Notes: generated by a model from the sequence alone, not told the origin. A stretch of DNA of 64,000 nt from Anaeromyxobacteraceae bacterium (GCA_032654565.1 JAULAX010000015.1:736001-800000); one strand, 5' to 3'. Positions 9,620-19,470 are shown, counted from the first letter of the stretch. Made by a program: numbers and translations.

Positions 9620-10681
9620 ATGTCGTCCAAGAAGCGGTTGGGAGAATTGCTCATCGAGGCCGGCGTGATCGACGAGGCCATGCTCCAGTCGGCGCTGGGA
9701 CACCAGCGGCGCTGGGGAGGCCGGATCGGCCAGGCCCTGCTCGACCTCAAGCTCACCAGCGAGGCGTCCATCGTCGCGGCGCTGGCCCGCAAGCTGGGGT
9801 TCGAGGTGGCCCGGCTCAAGGCGCTGGAGCCCATCGCCCTGGAGTCGGCGCTCAAGCTGGTGGGCAAGGACTTCGCGGTGCGCCACACCATCTTCCCCAT
9901 GGCCGCCGACCACTCCACGCTCACCGTGGCCATGGCCGACCCCACCAACCTCTCCCTCTCCGACGAGCTGCGCTTCCGCACCAACCGGCGCATCAAGGTC
10001 TGCATCGGTGGCGACCGCGAGATCGCCGAGGCCATCCGGGTCCACTACCCGTCGACAGAGAACCAGCCGCTGGAGGCCATCTCCCTCGACACCGAGGTGA
10101 GCGGCGAGTTCCTGCCGCCGCTGGCCGATCCCTTCGGCGGGGGCCCCAGTGACCTGATGGAGCTGCAGATGCAGCGCGGCGCCCCGGCCGCGGCGGCGCG
10201 CCCGGCGGCGCCCGCCGAGGCGGTCCGGGAGGCGCGGGCCGAGCTGTTCGGCGCCATCCCCCGCGGCGGCTTCAACCAGCGGGACAACGTCGGCGACGTC
10301 GAGCTGACGCCGCTCCCGCTCCCCACCGCGCCGGTGGCGAGACCAGCCCAGACCCCGGTGCCGGCGCCGTTCCCCGCGGCGGCCCGGGCCCCCGCGCCCC
10401 CGGCTCCGACGCCGGCCCCCGTGCTCTCCCGGGCGGCCCCGCCGCCGCGGGTCAGCGACCTGGTGCTCGAGGAGGAGCTGGTCGAGGGGCGCATCCCGCT
10501 GCGGCCGCTCACCCCGAAGGAGATCGTCATCCTCGACGCCCTCGATCGCCTGGCGGCCGGCCAGGAGGACGTGCCGCTCCCGGTCAAGCCTTCCCAGGTG
10601 GCTGCGGCGCTGCTGCGCATCATGCTGCGCCAGAAGATCGTCACCCAGCAGGAGCTGCTGGACGAGCTGCTGCGTAAATAG
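9620..10681 (+). CDS. MshEN/GspE N-terminal domain protein without ATPase
   Basis: RLGELLIEAGVIDEAMLQSALGHQ..GRIGQALL, VAMADP; Pro-rich linker; no Walker A. Confidence 0.8.
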   Translation: MSSKKRLGELLIEAGVIDEAMLQSALGHQRRWGGRIGQALLDLKLTSEASIVAALARKLGFEVARLKALEPIALESALKLVGKDFAVRHTIFPMAADHSTLTVAMADPTNLSLSDELRFRTNRRIKVCIGGDREIAEAIRVHYPSTENQPLEAISLDTEVSGEFLPPLADPFGGGPSDLMELQMQRGAPAAAARPAAPAEAVREARAELFGAIPRGGFNQRDNVGDVELTPLPLPTAPVARPAQTPVPAPFPAAARAPAPPAPTPAPVLSRAAPPPRVSDLVLEEELVEGRIPLRPLTPKEIVILDALDRLAAGQEDVPLPVKPSQVAAALLRIMLRQKIVTQQELLDELLRK

Positions 10682-10691
10682 GAGCCTCCAC

Positions 10692-11507
10692 GTGAAGAAG
10701 ATCGAGCTCAACGCCGTGGTGACGCAGCGGATCGACCTGGCCCCCGGGCTGATGGTGCTGCGCATCGCCCCCCAGTCCGGGCCGGTGCCCACCTTCCAGT
10801 CGGGCCAGTTCGCGGTGGTGGGGCTGCCGGCCAGCGCCCCGCGCACGGCCCTGGCCGACCCCGAGGAGCCGGGCGCCGATCCCGAGCGCTTCATCCGCCG
10901 CGCCTACTCCATCGCCTCGCCCTCGATCCCCGGCGAGCACCTCGAGCTCTTCCTCACCCTGGTCCGCTCCGGCGAGCTGACGCCGCGCCTCTTCGCGCTC
11001 CAGCCCGGCCACAAGCTCTGGCTGGGGCCGAAGATCACCGGCCTCTTCACGCTGGCCGAGGTGCCGGCCGACCAGGACGTGGTGATGGTGGCCACCGGCA
11101 CCGGGCTGGCCCCCTACATGAGCATGCTGCGGGCCGGGATCACCGCCAACCCCAACCGACGCTTCGCGGTGCTGGTGGGGGCGCGCCACTCCTGGGACCT
11201 CGGCTACACCGCGGAGCTGACCACCCTGGCCCGGGTCTGCCCCAACTTCACCTACCTCCCCATCGTCAGCCGGCCCACCGACGAGCCGTCCGCCTGGGGC
11301 GGCGCCGTCGGCCACGTCCAGTCGCTCTGGCAGGGCGGGACCCTGGAGAAGGCCTTCGGCAAGAAGCCGCTGGCCTCGGACACCCACGTCTTCCTCTGCG
11401 GCAGCCCGCGCATGACCGAGGACATGACCACCCTGCTCACCGGCGAGGGGTTCCTGGTCCACGAGAAGGGGCGCCCCGGCCAGATCCACGTCGAGAAGTA
11501 CTGGTAG
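10692..11507 (+). CDS. fpr: Ferredoxin/flavodoxin-NADP+ reductase
   Basis: RAYSIAS, GELTPRL, ATGTGLAPYMSM, FLCGSP.M, C-terminal EKYW. Confidence 0.9.
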   Translation: MKKIELNAVVTQRIDLAPGLMVLRIAPQSGPVPTFQSGQFAVVGLPASAPRTALADPEEPGADPERFIRRAYSIASPSIPGEHLELFLTLVRSGELTPRLFALQPGHKLWLGPKITGLFTLAEVPADQDVVMVATGTGLAPYMSMLRAGITANPNRRFAVLVGARHSWDLGYTAELTTLARVCPNFTYLPIVSRPTDEPSAWGGAVGHVQSLWQGGTLEKAFGKKPLASDTHVFLCGSPRMTEDMTTLLTGEGFLVHEKGRPGQIHVEKYW

Positions 11508-11525
11508 CGACCTCGGCGGCCGCGC

Positions 11526-11909
11526 TCAGTTGAGCGTGCCGGGGACCACCAGCGAGAACGGGGCGATCTCGGCGTCGAAGGCGGCGCCGTCGTCGCGCAC
11601 CATCTGGTAGCTGCCGCGCATCGAGCCGTGGCTGGTGGGGAGGACGCAGAAGCTGGTGTACTCGAAGGCCTCGCCGGGCTCGAGCCGCGGCTGGCGCCCC
11701 ACCACCCCGTCCCCCTCGACCACCTCGCGCTGGCCGCCGCCGTCGGTGATGATCCAGCGGCGCGAGCGGAGCTGCGCCGGCGCCGTCCCCTCGTTGCGGA
11801 TGGTCACGGTGTAGGTGAAGAGCCAGCGGCGCTGCCGCGGCTCGGAGCGGTCGGCCCGGTAGTCGGTGCGGACCTCGACGCGGACCCCGTCGGTGAGGGC
11901 GCTGGACAT
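11526..11909 (-). CDS. apaG: ApaG protein
   Basis: FTYTVTIRNEG..AQLRSRRWIITD, VEGDGVVGRQP, FEYTSFC, GSMRGSY. Confidence 0.92.
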   Translation of the reverse strand: MSSALTDGVRVEVRTDYRADRSEPRQRRWLFTYTVTIRNEGTAPAQLRSRRWIITDGGGQREVVEGDGVVGRQPRLEPGEAFEYTSFCVLPTSHGSMRGSYQMVRDDGAAFDAEIAPFSLVVPGTLN

Positions 11910-11979
11910 CCGCTGCTTGTAACCGCGCCAGGGCGGCGGCGCCAGCGGCAGGCCGGGGCGGGTCGGGCCCGGCCCGTGG

Positions 11980-12330
11980 TCAGGCCGGCTCGGCGACCAG
12001 CCAGCTGCCGAGGGCGGCGGCGGCCAGCGCCAGCCCGGTGGCCAGCGCCGCCACCTGGATGGCCCAGGGGCCGGCCAGCGGGGCGAGGGAGGAGGCCAGG
12101 GCGGCACCCAGCCCGGCCGAGCCGTCGAGCAGCGCCGGCCCCAGCCGGGCCAGGTCGGGGGCCAGCGCCGCGGCCGCCAGCGCCGCCGCCAGCCCGGGGA
12201 GCCACTGGGCCAGCCGGTTGACCCGCGCCGGGCGGGGCGGCGGCAGCGCCTCCATGACACGCCGGGTGAAGCCGTCATCGGGGATCGGCGCCTCGCCGTC
12301 CAGCAGCTCGTCGATGTGATCGCGGGTCAT
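11980..12330 (-). CDS. Putative membrane anti-sigma factor
   Basis: IPDDGFTRRVMEALP then 2-3 TM; coupled to ECF sigma. Confidence 0.7.
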   Translation of the reverse strand: MTRDHIDELLDGEAPIPDDGFTRRVMEALPPPRPARVNRLAQWLPGLAAALAAAALAPDLARLGPALLDGSAGLGAALASSLAPLAGPWAIQVAALATGLALAAAALGSWLVAEPA

Positions 12331-12857
12331 GTGGTCCCCTCCAGCGCCGGCGCCAGCAGCCGCCGGAGCTTCTCCTTGCCACGCAGCACGTTGGTCTTGA
12401 GCGTCCCCACCGGGCAGCCGAGCAGCTCGGCCGCCTCCTCGTGGGTCAGCTCCTGCCCGTAGGTGACCGCCAGCGCCGCCCGCTCCTCGGGGCGCAGCTG
12501 GCCGAGCGCCCGGGTCAGGTCGCGGTGGTCGAGCACTGCCTCCTCGGTGGAGCGGGCCGGCTCCGGCGGCGGCGGCTCCGCCGGCGGGGCGCGCCGGGCC
12601 TGCGAGGACCAGGCGTTCCAGGCGATGCGGTAGAGCCAGGTGGAGAGCTTCGCGCCGCCCCGCCAGCTGCCCAGCTTCCGCCAGGCCGTCACGAAGACCT
12701 GCTGGGCCAGGTCGTCGGCCAGCGCCGCGTCGCCGGCGGTGAGCCGGCGCAGCAGGCCTCGCACCGCCGACTGGTGGCGGGCCACCAGCTCGGCGAAGGC
12801 GCGGCGGTCGTCCCCGGAGAGGACGCGCGCCACCAGCTCGGCGTCGGACGGCGGCAT
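12327..12857 (-). CDS. ECF RNA polymerase sigma factor
   Basis: SDAELV..GD..AF.ELV, ADDLAQ, LSTWLYRIA, LTHEEAAELLGCPVGTLKT. Confidence 0.92.
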   Translation of the reverse strand: MPPSDAELVARVLSGDDRRAFAELVARHQSAVRGLLRRLTAGDAALADDLAQQVFVTAWRKLGSWRGGAKLSTWLYRIAWNAWSSQARRAPPAEPPPPEPARSTEEAVLDHRDLTRALGQLRPEERAALAVTYGQELTHEEAAELLGCPVGTLKTNVLRGKEKLRRLLAPALEGTT

Positions 12858-12864
12858 CAGGTCA

Positions 12865-13248
12865 TCAGGTGGTGGGGCCGGTGGTCGAGGCCGACGCCTT
12901 GCCGGCGGAGGCGTAGTGGGCGACCAGCTGCCCGAGGCCGATGATGAAGACCATCAGCCCGATGGCCCAGAACGGCTTGTCCGGCTTGAAGATCCCCAGG
13001 AACACGCCGAGCCCCACGCCGATGAAGACGGTCTGGATCCCCCGGGCCAAGTCGTTGCGCGGGGCGGCGGCGGCGTCCAGCAGCTCGGCCGGAAGCGGCT
13101 GTCCCTTCTCCAGCGCCAGCCGGATCGTCTCGTGGCGCTGCTTGCGGGCCTGGTGCTTGAAGTAGCCGACCAGGGCCACGATGGCCACCGACATGGAGAA
13201 GACGCCGAGGGGGACGCCGAGGGCCACCATCATCTCGTTGAGCTGCAT
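12865..13248 (-). CDS. Small membrane protein (DUF6249-like) upstream of ECF sigma
   Basis: TM, RHETIRLALEKGQPLP.ELL, two further TMs; ATG 13248 with GGAG upstream. Confidence 0.7.
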   Translation of the reverse strand: MQLNEMMVALGVPLGVFSMSVAIVALVGYFKHQARKQRHETIRLALEKGQPLPAELLDAAAAPRNDLARGIQTVFIGVGLGVFLGIFKPDKPFWAIGLMVFIIGLGQLVAHYASAGKASASTTGPTT

Positions 13249-13291
13249 GTCGTCCTGCTCCTTTTCGGCCGGGAGGGCCGGTTCATCCACT

Positions 13292-13323
13292 TGGACGCCG
13301 CCACCCGGCCCGGCGGATTCACC
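13292..13323 (-). promoter_or_regulatory. Candidate ECF-dependent (autoregulatory) promoter
   Basis: Minus strand GTGAATCC ... GCGTCCA upstream of the ECF operon resembles ECF -35 GAA(C/T) / -10 CGTC. Confidence 0.35.
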
Positions 13324-13354
13324 CAAACCGCGCCGGCGACGATATCCTGTCAGG

Positions 13355-14167
13355 ATGGAACCCAAGCTGGCGAAGATCCTCGAGGAGATCCGGGCCTCCA
13401 GCGGCCGGGTGGTGGCGCTCACCGGGGCCGGCATCTCGGCCGAGAGCGGCATCCCCACCTTCCGCGGGAGCGAGGGGTACTGGGTGGTCGGCTCGCGGAA
13501 CTACCTGCCGCAGGAGATGGCCACCAAGGAGATGTTCGACCGGAGGCCGGAGGAGGTCTGGCGCTGGTACCTCTACCGCTTCGGCGTCTGCCGCGCCGCC
13601 CAGCCCAACGCCGGCCACGCCGCGCTGGTGACGCTGGAGCAACGGCTCGGCGAGCGCTTCACCCTGATCACCCAGAACATCGACGGCCTGCACCGGCGGG
13701 CCGGCTCGAAGCGGGTCTTCACCATCCACGGCGACGCCGCCTCGGTCCGCTGCGCCGCCGAGTGCGGCCTCGGCCGGATCGACCAGCCCGACCTGGGGGA
13801 GCGGGCCAAGGAGGCGCCGCTCTCCGCCGCCGACCGCGCCGCGCTCACCTGCCCGCGCTGCGGCGGGTGGCTGCGCCCCCACGTGCTCTGGTTCGACGAG
13901 TGCTACGACGAGGAGAACTACTCGATGGACTCGGCGCTGCGGGCGGCCGGGGCCGCCGACCTGCTGCTGGTGGTCGGCACCAGCGGCGCCACCAACCTGC
14001 CCATGCAGATCGGTCGCATCGCCTTCCACCGCGGGGCGGCGCTGGTGGACGTCAACCCCGAGACCAACCCCTTCGCCGAGCTGGCGGTGCGGTCGGCGCG
14101 CGGCTACTTCGCCCGCGGCTCGGGCGGCGAGCGGCTGCCGGGGATCGTGGCGGCGCTCTCGCCCTGA
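13355..14167 (+). CDS. cobB: NAD-dependent protein deacylase (sirtuin)
   Basis: LTGAGISAESGIPTFRG, PNAGH, ITQNIDGLH, Zn Cys pairs, LRPHVLWFDE, VGTSG. Confidence 0.93.
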   Translation: MEPKLAKILEEIRASSGRVVALTGAGISAESGIPTFRGSEGYWVVGSRNYLPQEMATKEMFDRRPEEVWRWYLYRFGVCRAAQPNAGHAALVTLEQRLGERFTLITQNIDGLHRRAGSKRVFTIHGDAASVRCAAECGLGRIDQPDLGERAKEAPLSAADRAALTCPRCGGWLRPHVLWFDECYDEENYSMDSALRAAGAADLLLVVGTSGATNLPMQIGRIAFHRGAALVDVNPETNPFAELAVRSARGYFARGSGGERLPGIVAALSP

Positions 14168-14265
14168 CTGGCGGCGGCGGTCCGCATCTCGCGGACCAGC
14201 CAGGCCATCACCGCCAGCGCGGCGCCGAAGGTGGCGATGAGGACGAAGGTGGCGCGGCGGTTCAT
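14104..14265 (-). CDS. Small single-TM protein (53 aa)
   Basis: MNRRATFVLIATFGAALAVMAWLVREMR..., strong GC3 bias; overlaps cobB 3' end. Confidence 0.5.
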   Translation of the reverse strand: MNRRATFVLIATFGAALAVMAWLVREMRTAAASQGESAATIPGSRSPPEPRAK

Positions 14266-14396
14266 GGGCCGGGAGGGTAGCGCGGGGGAGCGGTCCGGCA
14301 AAGGGCGGCCGTCGCACGTCGGGGGCGACCCCGGTGCCATCCTCGCCCGCGGCATCCCCAGGCGCTGCTCCTCCGGCTATCCCCGTGGACCCGTCG

Positions 14397-15284
14397 TCAT
14401 CCGAGCCACCGCCCGCCCGCTCCCGCCCGCGGCCGCTTCACCAGCCCGCGCGCCCTGGCCTGCTTCTCCAGCAAGAGCCGGAGCGCGGCCTGGAGCACCT
14501 GCTCGGTCGTGGCGTTCGGGATGGCGTGCGAGAGACCGTCCCTGGCCTTCTCCAGCTCCAGCAGGAACTCCCGGCTGACCGTGACGTGAAGCCGGCGAAG
14601 GTCGGCGGTGAGCGGCTTGACGTCGTCGCGAGTGGGAGGAGCCGAGGTCCAGGCGGATTGGGCCGGCCGCAGTCCAAACGTTTGGACTGGCTCCCCACCC
14701 CGGGCCGCCGTCACGGGCGGGAGCGCCATCGGCGAGCGCGCGGGCACCCGCGTGGATGGCTCCACGAGCTGAGCCGCCCGGCTCTTCTCCACCCTGGTCA
14801 CCAGGTCCCGGGTTGGCGGGTCCTGCCTGGGCACCAGCTCGGCGGTGACCTCCTGGGCCTCTCGCGCTGAGAGGCCGAAGTACCGGGGCAGCACCACGTC
14901 CCGATTCTCCCTGGTGAGGACCTTGGCCAGCTCGGCGGTGGTCGACATGCAGAGCTGGCCGTCTCGCAGGGGGGCGATGACCTCGGGGAAGCGCTGGACC
15001 AGCCGGGCCGCGCTGAGGCGCCAGTAGGCCCCGCTCCTCGAGAGGCCGAGCTCGACTCGCACGAAGGAGAAGAGATTGGCATGTCCCAGCGCCTCCCATC
15101 CGCGGCGCCGGTCGAAGTCGGCCAGCGCGACCAGGAAGTCGGCCATGGCGGCCTGCTCGGTGCGGAGGAGGAGCTTGAGCGTGTCACGGAGCTGCCGTGC
15201 TTCCAGGAGTGCGAGGGAGGGGGTGGCCGCTCCGTGCGACGAAGCCGCGGCCGAGGAAGGGATCGGGTGCGCGTGTGGGTTCAT
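14397..15284 (-). CDS. DUF222-like / N-terminal part of myxobacterial HNH-family protein; no HNH domain seen (possible truncation)
   Basis: FLVALADFDRRRGW..LG..NLFSF..ELGLS, A.RL..RFP...L.DG.L, TVSREFL..LEKARDGLSH; ends at KRPR with no HNH motif downstream. Confidence 0.6.
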   Translation of the reverse strand: MNPHAHPIPSSAAASSHGAATPSLALLEARQLRDTLKLLLRTEQAAMADFLVALADFDRRRGWEALGHANLFSFVRVELGLSRSGAYWRLSAARLVQRFPEVIAPLRDGQLCMSTTAELAKVLTRENRDVVLPRYFGLSAREAQEVTAELVPRQDPPTRDLVTRVEKSRAAQLVEPSTRVPARSPMALPPVTAARGGEPVQTFGLRPAQSAWTSAPPTRDDVKPLTADLRRLHVTVSREFLLELEKARDGLSHAIPNATTEQVLQAALRLLLEKQARARGLVKRPRAGAGGRWLG

Positions 15285-15712
15285 GAACGGATCGTCTCAC
15301 GGGAATTCCGGGCCTCGCCAAACCCACGGAGCCGCCCGCTGCGCTGCGTTCTTGATCCTCCCCTCGCGACCCCGGCCAGCGCAGCGCCACGCGCCAGGGC
15401 GGCGAGCAGGGGCCGCCACAAGGCCATTCACGCGTCGGCTCAGTTCCTGTGGGTGAAATAGGCGAGAATCGCGTCAAGTCCAGAGTGCGGCCATTTGGGT
15501 ACAGGCAGGCCGGACATCGCACGGCCGCAACCAATTCGTGAGCCTCGCCCTCGCCCTGCACGGAACCGACGGATCGCGAGCACCCTTCGTTGCGCCTTTC
15601 GACCGTCGATCGGCCCCGCCCGCCTCCCACGTCCCGTTCGCCGCGCCTCCCGCCAATCCCCGCTCCCCCCTCATGGCGCCTCCCGGCGCCGAGCCATGCG
15701 AGACTGGCACCC

Positions 15713-16777
15713 GTGCTGGTCGCCTACGTCTCCGGTCACGGCTTCGGCCACGCCACCCGTCTCTGCGAGGTGCTGGCCGAGGTGCGGGCCCGGGCCCCGG
15801 GGCTCCACGTCACCTTCGTGGGCACGGTGCCGGAGCGGCTGGTGCGCGGCGCGGTGGGCGGGCCGCTGACGGTGCGCCCGGTGGCGGTCGACGTCGGACT
15901 GGTGCAGCGCGACGCCCTCGAGTTCGACGAGGCGGCCTCGGCGGCGGCCTGCCGGGCCTTCGAGGCCACCTGGGAGGCGCGGGTGGCGGCCGAGACGGCC
16001 TTCCTGCGCGGCTGCGGCGCCCGGGCCGTGCTCGGCGACATCCCGGCGCTCCCCTTCGAGGCGGCGGCGCGCGCTCGCGTGCCCTCGCTGGCGCTGGGCA
16101 ACTTCTCCTGGGACTGGATCTACCGCCACCTCTCGACCCGGCAACCCGGGCTGGCGGCGTCGGCGGCGCGGGCCGCGGCGGCCTACGCCACGGTGGGCCG
16201 CCTGCTGGAGCTCCCCTTCGCCGCCGGCCTGGAGGCCTTCCCGGTGCGCGAGGCCATCGGCCTGGTGGCGCGGCGGCCGCGGGTGGGGCGCGCCGAGGCG
16301 CGGCGGCGGCTCAAGCTCGACGGCCGGCCGGCGGTGCTGGTCTCCTTCGGCGGCATCGGGCTGCCCGGGCTCGACCGGGCGGCGCTGGAGGCCGACGCCA
16401 CGCTGCGCTGGCTCCTGCCCGACGAGCTCCCCGAGGGGCGGCTGGCCGCGCTCGGCCTCACCTACCCCGACCTGGTCGGCGCCGCCGACGTGGTCCTGAC
16501 CAAGCCCGGCTACGGCATCGTCAGCGACGCCATCGGCGCCGGCACCCGGCTGGTCTACACCGAGCGCGGCGACTTCCCGGAGTACCCGGTGATGGTGGCG
16601 GCGCTGCCGCGGTACCTGGCCTGCGTCCACGTCTCCAACGCCGAGCTGCGGGCGGGGCGGGTGGCCGGGGCGGTGCGCCGGGTGCTGGCGCTGCCCATGC
16701 CGGCCCCGCCGCCGCTCGACGGCGCCGCCCGGGCCGCGGCGCGGGTGCTGGAGGCGCTGGGGTCGGCCGGGCGCTGA
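15713..16777 (+). CDS. GT-B glycosyltransferase-like protein (L-arabinokinase N-terminal-like)
   Basis: YVSGHGFGHATR, DVGLVQRDAL, NFSWDWIY, VLTKPGYGIVS, ERGDFPE; start GTG 15713. Confidence 0.75.
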   Translation: MLVAYVSGHGFGHATRLCEVLAEVRARAPGLHVTFVGTVPERLVRGAVGGPLTVRPVAVDVGLVQRDALEFDEAASAAACRAFEATWEARVAAETAFLRGCGARAVLGDIPALPFEAAARARVPSLALGNFSWDWIYRHLSTRQPGLAASAARAAAAYATVGRLLELPFAAGLEAFPVREAIGLVARRPRVGRAEARRRLKLDGRPAVLVSFGGIGLPGLDRAALEADATLRWLLPDELPEGRLAALGLTYPDLVGAADVVLTKPGYGIVSDAIGAGTRLVYTERGDFPEYPVMVAALPRYLACVHVSNAELRAGRVAGAVRRVLALPMPAPPPLDGAARAAARVLEALGSAGR

Positions 16778-16815
16778 GCCGGCACCGTCCCGACAGCCGG
16801 CGGCCGTCCCACCGG

Positions 16816-17829
16816 CTACCCGGCCGCCTCGGCCCCCAGCCGGCGCACCTGCTCCGGCTCGCCCAGCACGATCAGGGTCTCGCCGCCGGCCAGCCGGTGG
16901 TCCGGCCCGGGGGCGTAGAGGTAGCCGGCCCCGGCGCCCGGCGGCTTCACCGCCAGCAGCAGGACCCGGTGCCGGGCCAGCTCCAGCTCGTCGACGCGAC
17001 GCCCGCTCCAGCGCGAGCCGCCCGGCACCGGCACCTCCTCGATGCGCAGCGTCTGGGCCTGGTCGCGGACCATGACGTCGAGGAAGGAGACCACCTCGGG
17101 GCGGACCATCTCCGACACCATCCGCATCCCGCCGATCATGTTGGGCGAGACCACGGCGTCGGCGCCGGCGTGGCGCAGCTTGGCGTCGGCCCTGGCCTCG
17201 ATGGCCTTGGCGACGATGCGCAGCGCCGGGTTGAGGGCGCGGGCGGTGACGGTGACGAAGAGGTTGTCCTTGTCGTCGGTGAGGGCGGCGATGATGCCGC
17301 GGGCCCGCTCGATGCCGGCCTCGATGAGCACGTCGTCGTGGGTGGCGTCGCCCACCACCGAGGCGCAGTCGTAGGTGGTGGAGATCTCCCGGGCCACCTC
17401 GGCGACGGCGTCCACCACCACGAACGGGGTGCCGATGGCGGCCAGCTCGCGCACGCAGTTGATGCCGGTGGAGCCGGCGCCGCAGACGATGATGTGGCCG
17501 GACAGCTTCTTGACGCGGTTGTCCATGCGGCGCCTCCAGGTGAAGCCGGTCAGCTCGCCCTCGATGAGCACGGCCGCCACCGTGGTCACGAACCAGCCCA
17601 TGGCGACCATGCCGCCGAGCAGCAGCAGGATGGTGAAGGGGCGGCCCAGGGTGGTGGCGCCCAGCGGGACGATCTCGCCGAAGCCGGCGGTGGTGAGGCC
17701 GATGACCGTCTGGTAGAGGCAGTCGATGAGCGCCCACTGCCCGTCGCCGATGAGCCAGTAGCCGGCGGTGCCGATGAGCACCGAGGTGACCACGGCGCCG
17801 AGGGAGAGGGCGAGGCGGCGGAAGAGCAT
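16816..17829 (-). CDS. Potassium channel with RCK (TrkA-N/TrkA-C) domains
   Basis: Pore TTAGFGE, HIIVCGAGSTG, GDAT...L.EAGI, AGADAVVSP. Confidence 0.9.
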   Translation of the reverse strand: MLFRRLALSLGAVVTSVLIGTAGYWLIGDGQWALIDCLYQTVIGLTTAGFGEIVPLGATTLGRPFTILLLLGGMVAMGWFVTTVAAVLIEGELTGFTWRRRMDNRVKKLSGHIIVCGAGSTGINCVRELAAIGTPFVVVDAVAEVAREISTTYDCASVVGDATHDDVLIEAGIERARGIIAALTDDKDNLFVTVTARALNPALRIVAKAIEARADAKLRHAGADAVVSPNMIGGMRMVSEMVRPEVVSFLDVMVRDQAQTLRIEEVPVPGGSRWSGRRVDELELARHRVLLLAVKPPGAGAGYLYAPGPDHRLAGGETLIVLGEPEQVRRLGAEAAG

Positions 17830-17876
17830 CGGCTGGTGATCCTAGCCCAACCCGGGCCGTGGGCCCCGGTCGCCGC

Positions 17877-19394
17877 TCACGGGGCCGCCGGAGAGGCGGG
17901 CAGCTCGACCCGGAAGCAGGTGCCGCCGCCGGGGACGTCGCGGACGGCGATGCCCCCCCGGTACTGGCGCACCACGTCCAGCACCACCGAGAGCCCCAGC
18001 CCGCGCCCCTCCGCGCGGGTGGTGAAGAAGTGGTCGAAGACCCGGGCCCGGGTGGCCTCGCTCATCCCCACCCCCTGGTCCGCCACCTCCAGCCAGGCCA
18101 CCGGGCCGTCGAGCGGGCGCTTGTCGCCGCCGGCCCGGTCGGGGCGCAGGGTGGCCGGGCCCCAGCCGGTGGCCAGGGTGATGCTGCCGGCGCGCCCCTC
18201 CATGGCGTGGACGGCGTTGAGCAGCAGGTTCATCACCACCTGGCGCAGCCGGGTGGCGTCGGCCCAGACCGGCGGCAGCCGCACGCCCCCCTGGAGCTCC
18301 ACCCGGCAGTCGGAGGGCAGGGTCCGCCGCACCAGCTTGGCCGCCTCGGCCGCCAGCGCCCCGAGGTCGACCGGCTCGTCCTGCCCGCTGCCCTGGCCGG
18401 CGTAGGCCAGCAGCTGGCCGGTCAGCTCCACGGCGCGCTGGGCCCCGGCCCGGGCCTCCACCACCGCCTCGCGGTGGTCGCCGGCGGGGATCTCGCGGAG
18501 CAGGCTGTCGAGCGTGCCCCGGACCACCGCCAGCAGGTTGCCGAAGTCGTGGGCGATCCCGGCGGTGAGCAGCCCCAGGCTGCGCACCTTCTCCTCGGTG
18601 GCCAGCCGGTCCTCGCCGCGGCGCACCTCCTCGAGCAGCTCCCGCCAGTAGACCGCCACCAGCACCGGCACCGCCCACATGTGGAGGTTGTGGCGCAGCG
18701 GCGAGAGGATCCAGGCGTGGCGCATGCCGGTGGCGATGCTCACCAGCATGAGCCCGTGGTCGAGCAGGAACATGGTGAAGGCCAGCGCCGCCAGCCGCGC
18801 CGAGCCGAGCTCGCGGAGGGTGAGGAGGCGGAGCACGGTGGCGGCCAGGAACAGCACCGCCACCGTCCGGAAGGCGGCGTCGCCCCAGTGCTGCGCGAAC
18901 TCCACGTGGGGGGCGCCGGGCAGGGCCCGGAGGCCGGCCACCGCGGCGTGCCAGGCCGGCGCGGTGACGGCGTAGAGCCCCAGCGAGGCGGTGACGCCGG
19001 CCACCAGCATGAGGCGGGCCCCGCCCCGGCGGCCGAGGAAGTGCCCCAGGAAGGCGTAGCCGGCGACCACCAGCGCCAGCAGCTCGACGGCGTGCTCCAG
19101 CGGCGGGTAGTAGGGGAGGATGGCGTCGAAGTCGAAGAGGCCGCGGTGGCTGCCGTACTCGGTGGCCAGCTGGAACAGCTCCCGCGCCATCCCCACCAGC
19201 GCCGCGATCCCCATGAGCAGGCTGCGCGGCTCGCGCCGGCGCCGCCACTGCGCCAGGGCCGCGCTGGCCAGCACCGCCCAGAAGAAGGCGGGGAGGACGA
19301 AGCGGGGGACGGCGTTGGCCGGATCGGCCCCCGGGCCGCCGCCGATCTGGCGCAGGAAGACCGCCACCTCCTCGAGGAAACTGGAACGCGTCAC
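17877..19394 (-). CDS. Multi-TM sensor histidine kinase
   Basis: Multiple TM N-terminus, GIAHDFGNLL H-box, QVVMNLLLNA, DQGVGM, GRGLGLS; no receiver. Confidence 0.88.
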   Translation of the reverse strand: MTRSSFLEEVAVFLRQIGGGPGADPANAVPRFVLPAFFWAVLASAALAQWRRRREPRSLLMGIAALVGMARELFQLATEYGSHRGLFDFDAILPYYPPLEHAVELLALVVAGYAFLGHFLGRRGGARLMLVAGVTASLGLYAVTAPAWHAAVAGLRALPGAPHVEFAQHWGDAAFRTVAVLFLAATVLRLLTLRELGSARLAALAFTMFLLDHGLMLVSIATGMRHAWILSPLRHNLHMWAVPVLVAVYWRELLEEVRRGEDRLATEEKVRSLGLLTAGIAHDFGNLLAVVRGTLDSLLREIPAGDHREAVVEARAGAQRAVELTGQLLAYAGQGSGQDEPVDLGALAAEAAKLVRRTLPSDCRVELQGGVRLPPVWADATRLRQVVMNLLLNAVHAMEGRAGSITLATGWGPATLRPDRAGGDKRPLDGPVAWLEVADQGVGMSEATRARVFDHFFTTRAEGRGLGLSVVLDVVRQYRGGIAVRDVPGGGTCFRVELPASPAAP

Positions 19395-19470
19395 GCGAGG
19401 GCCCCCACCCGGAAAGGCGGCGAGGGTAGCACGGGCTGTACGTGCCGGCCGCGGCCCCTTGGGGAGTCCG

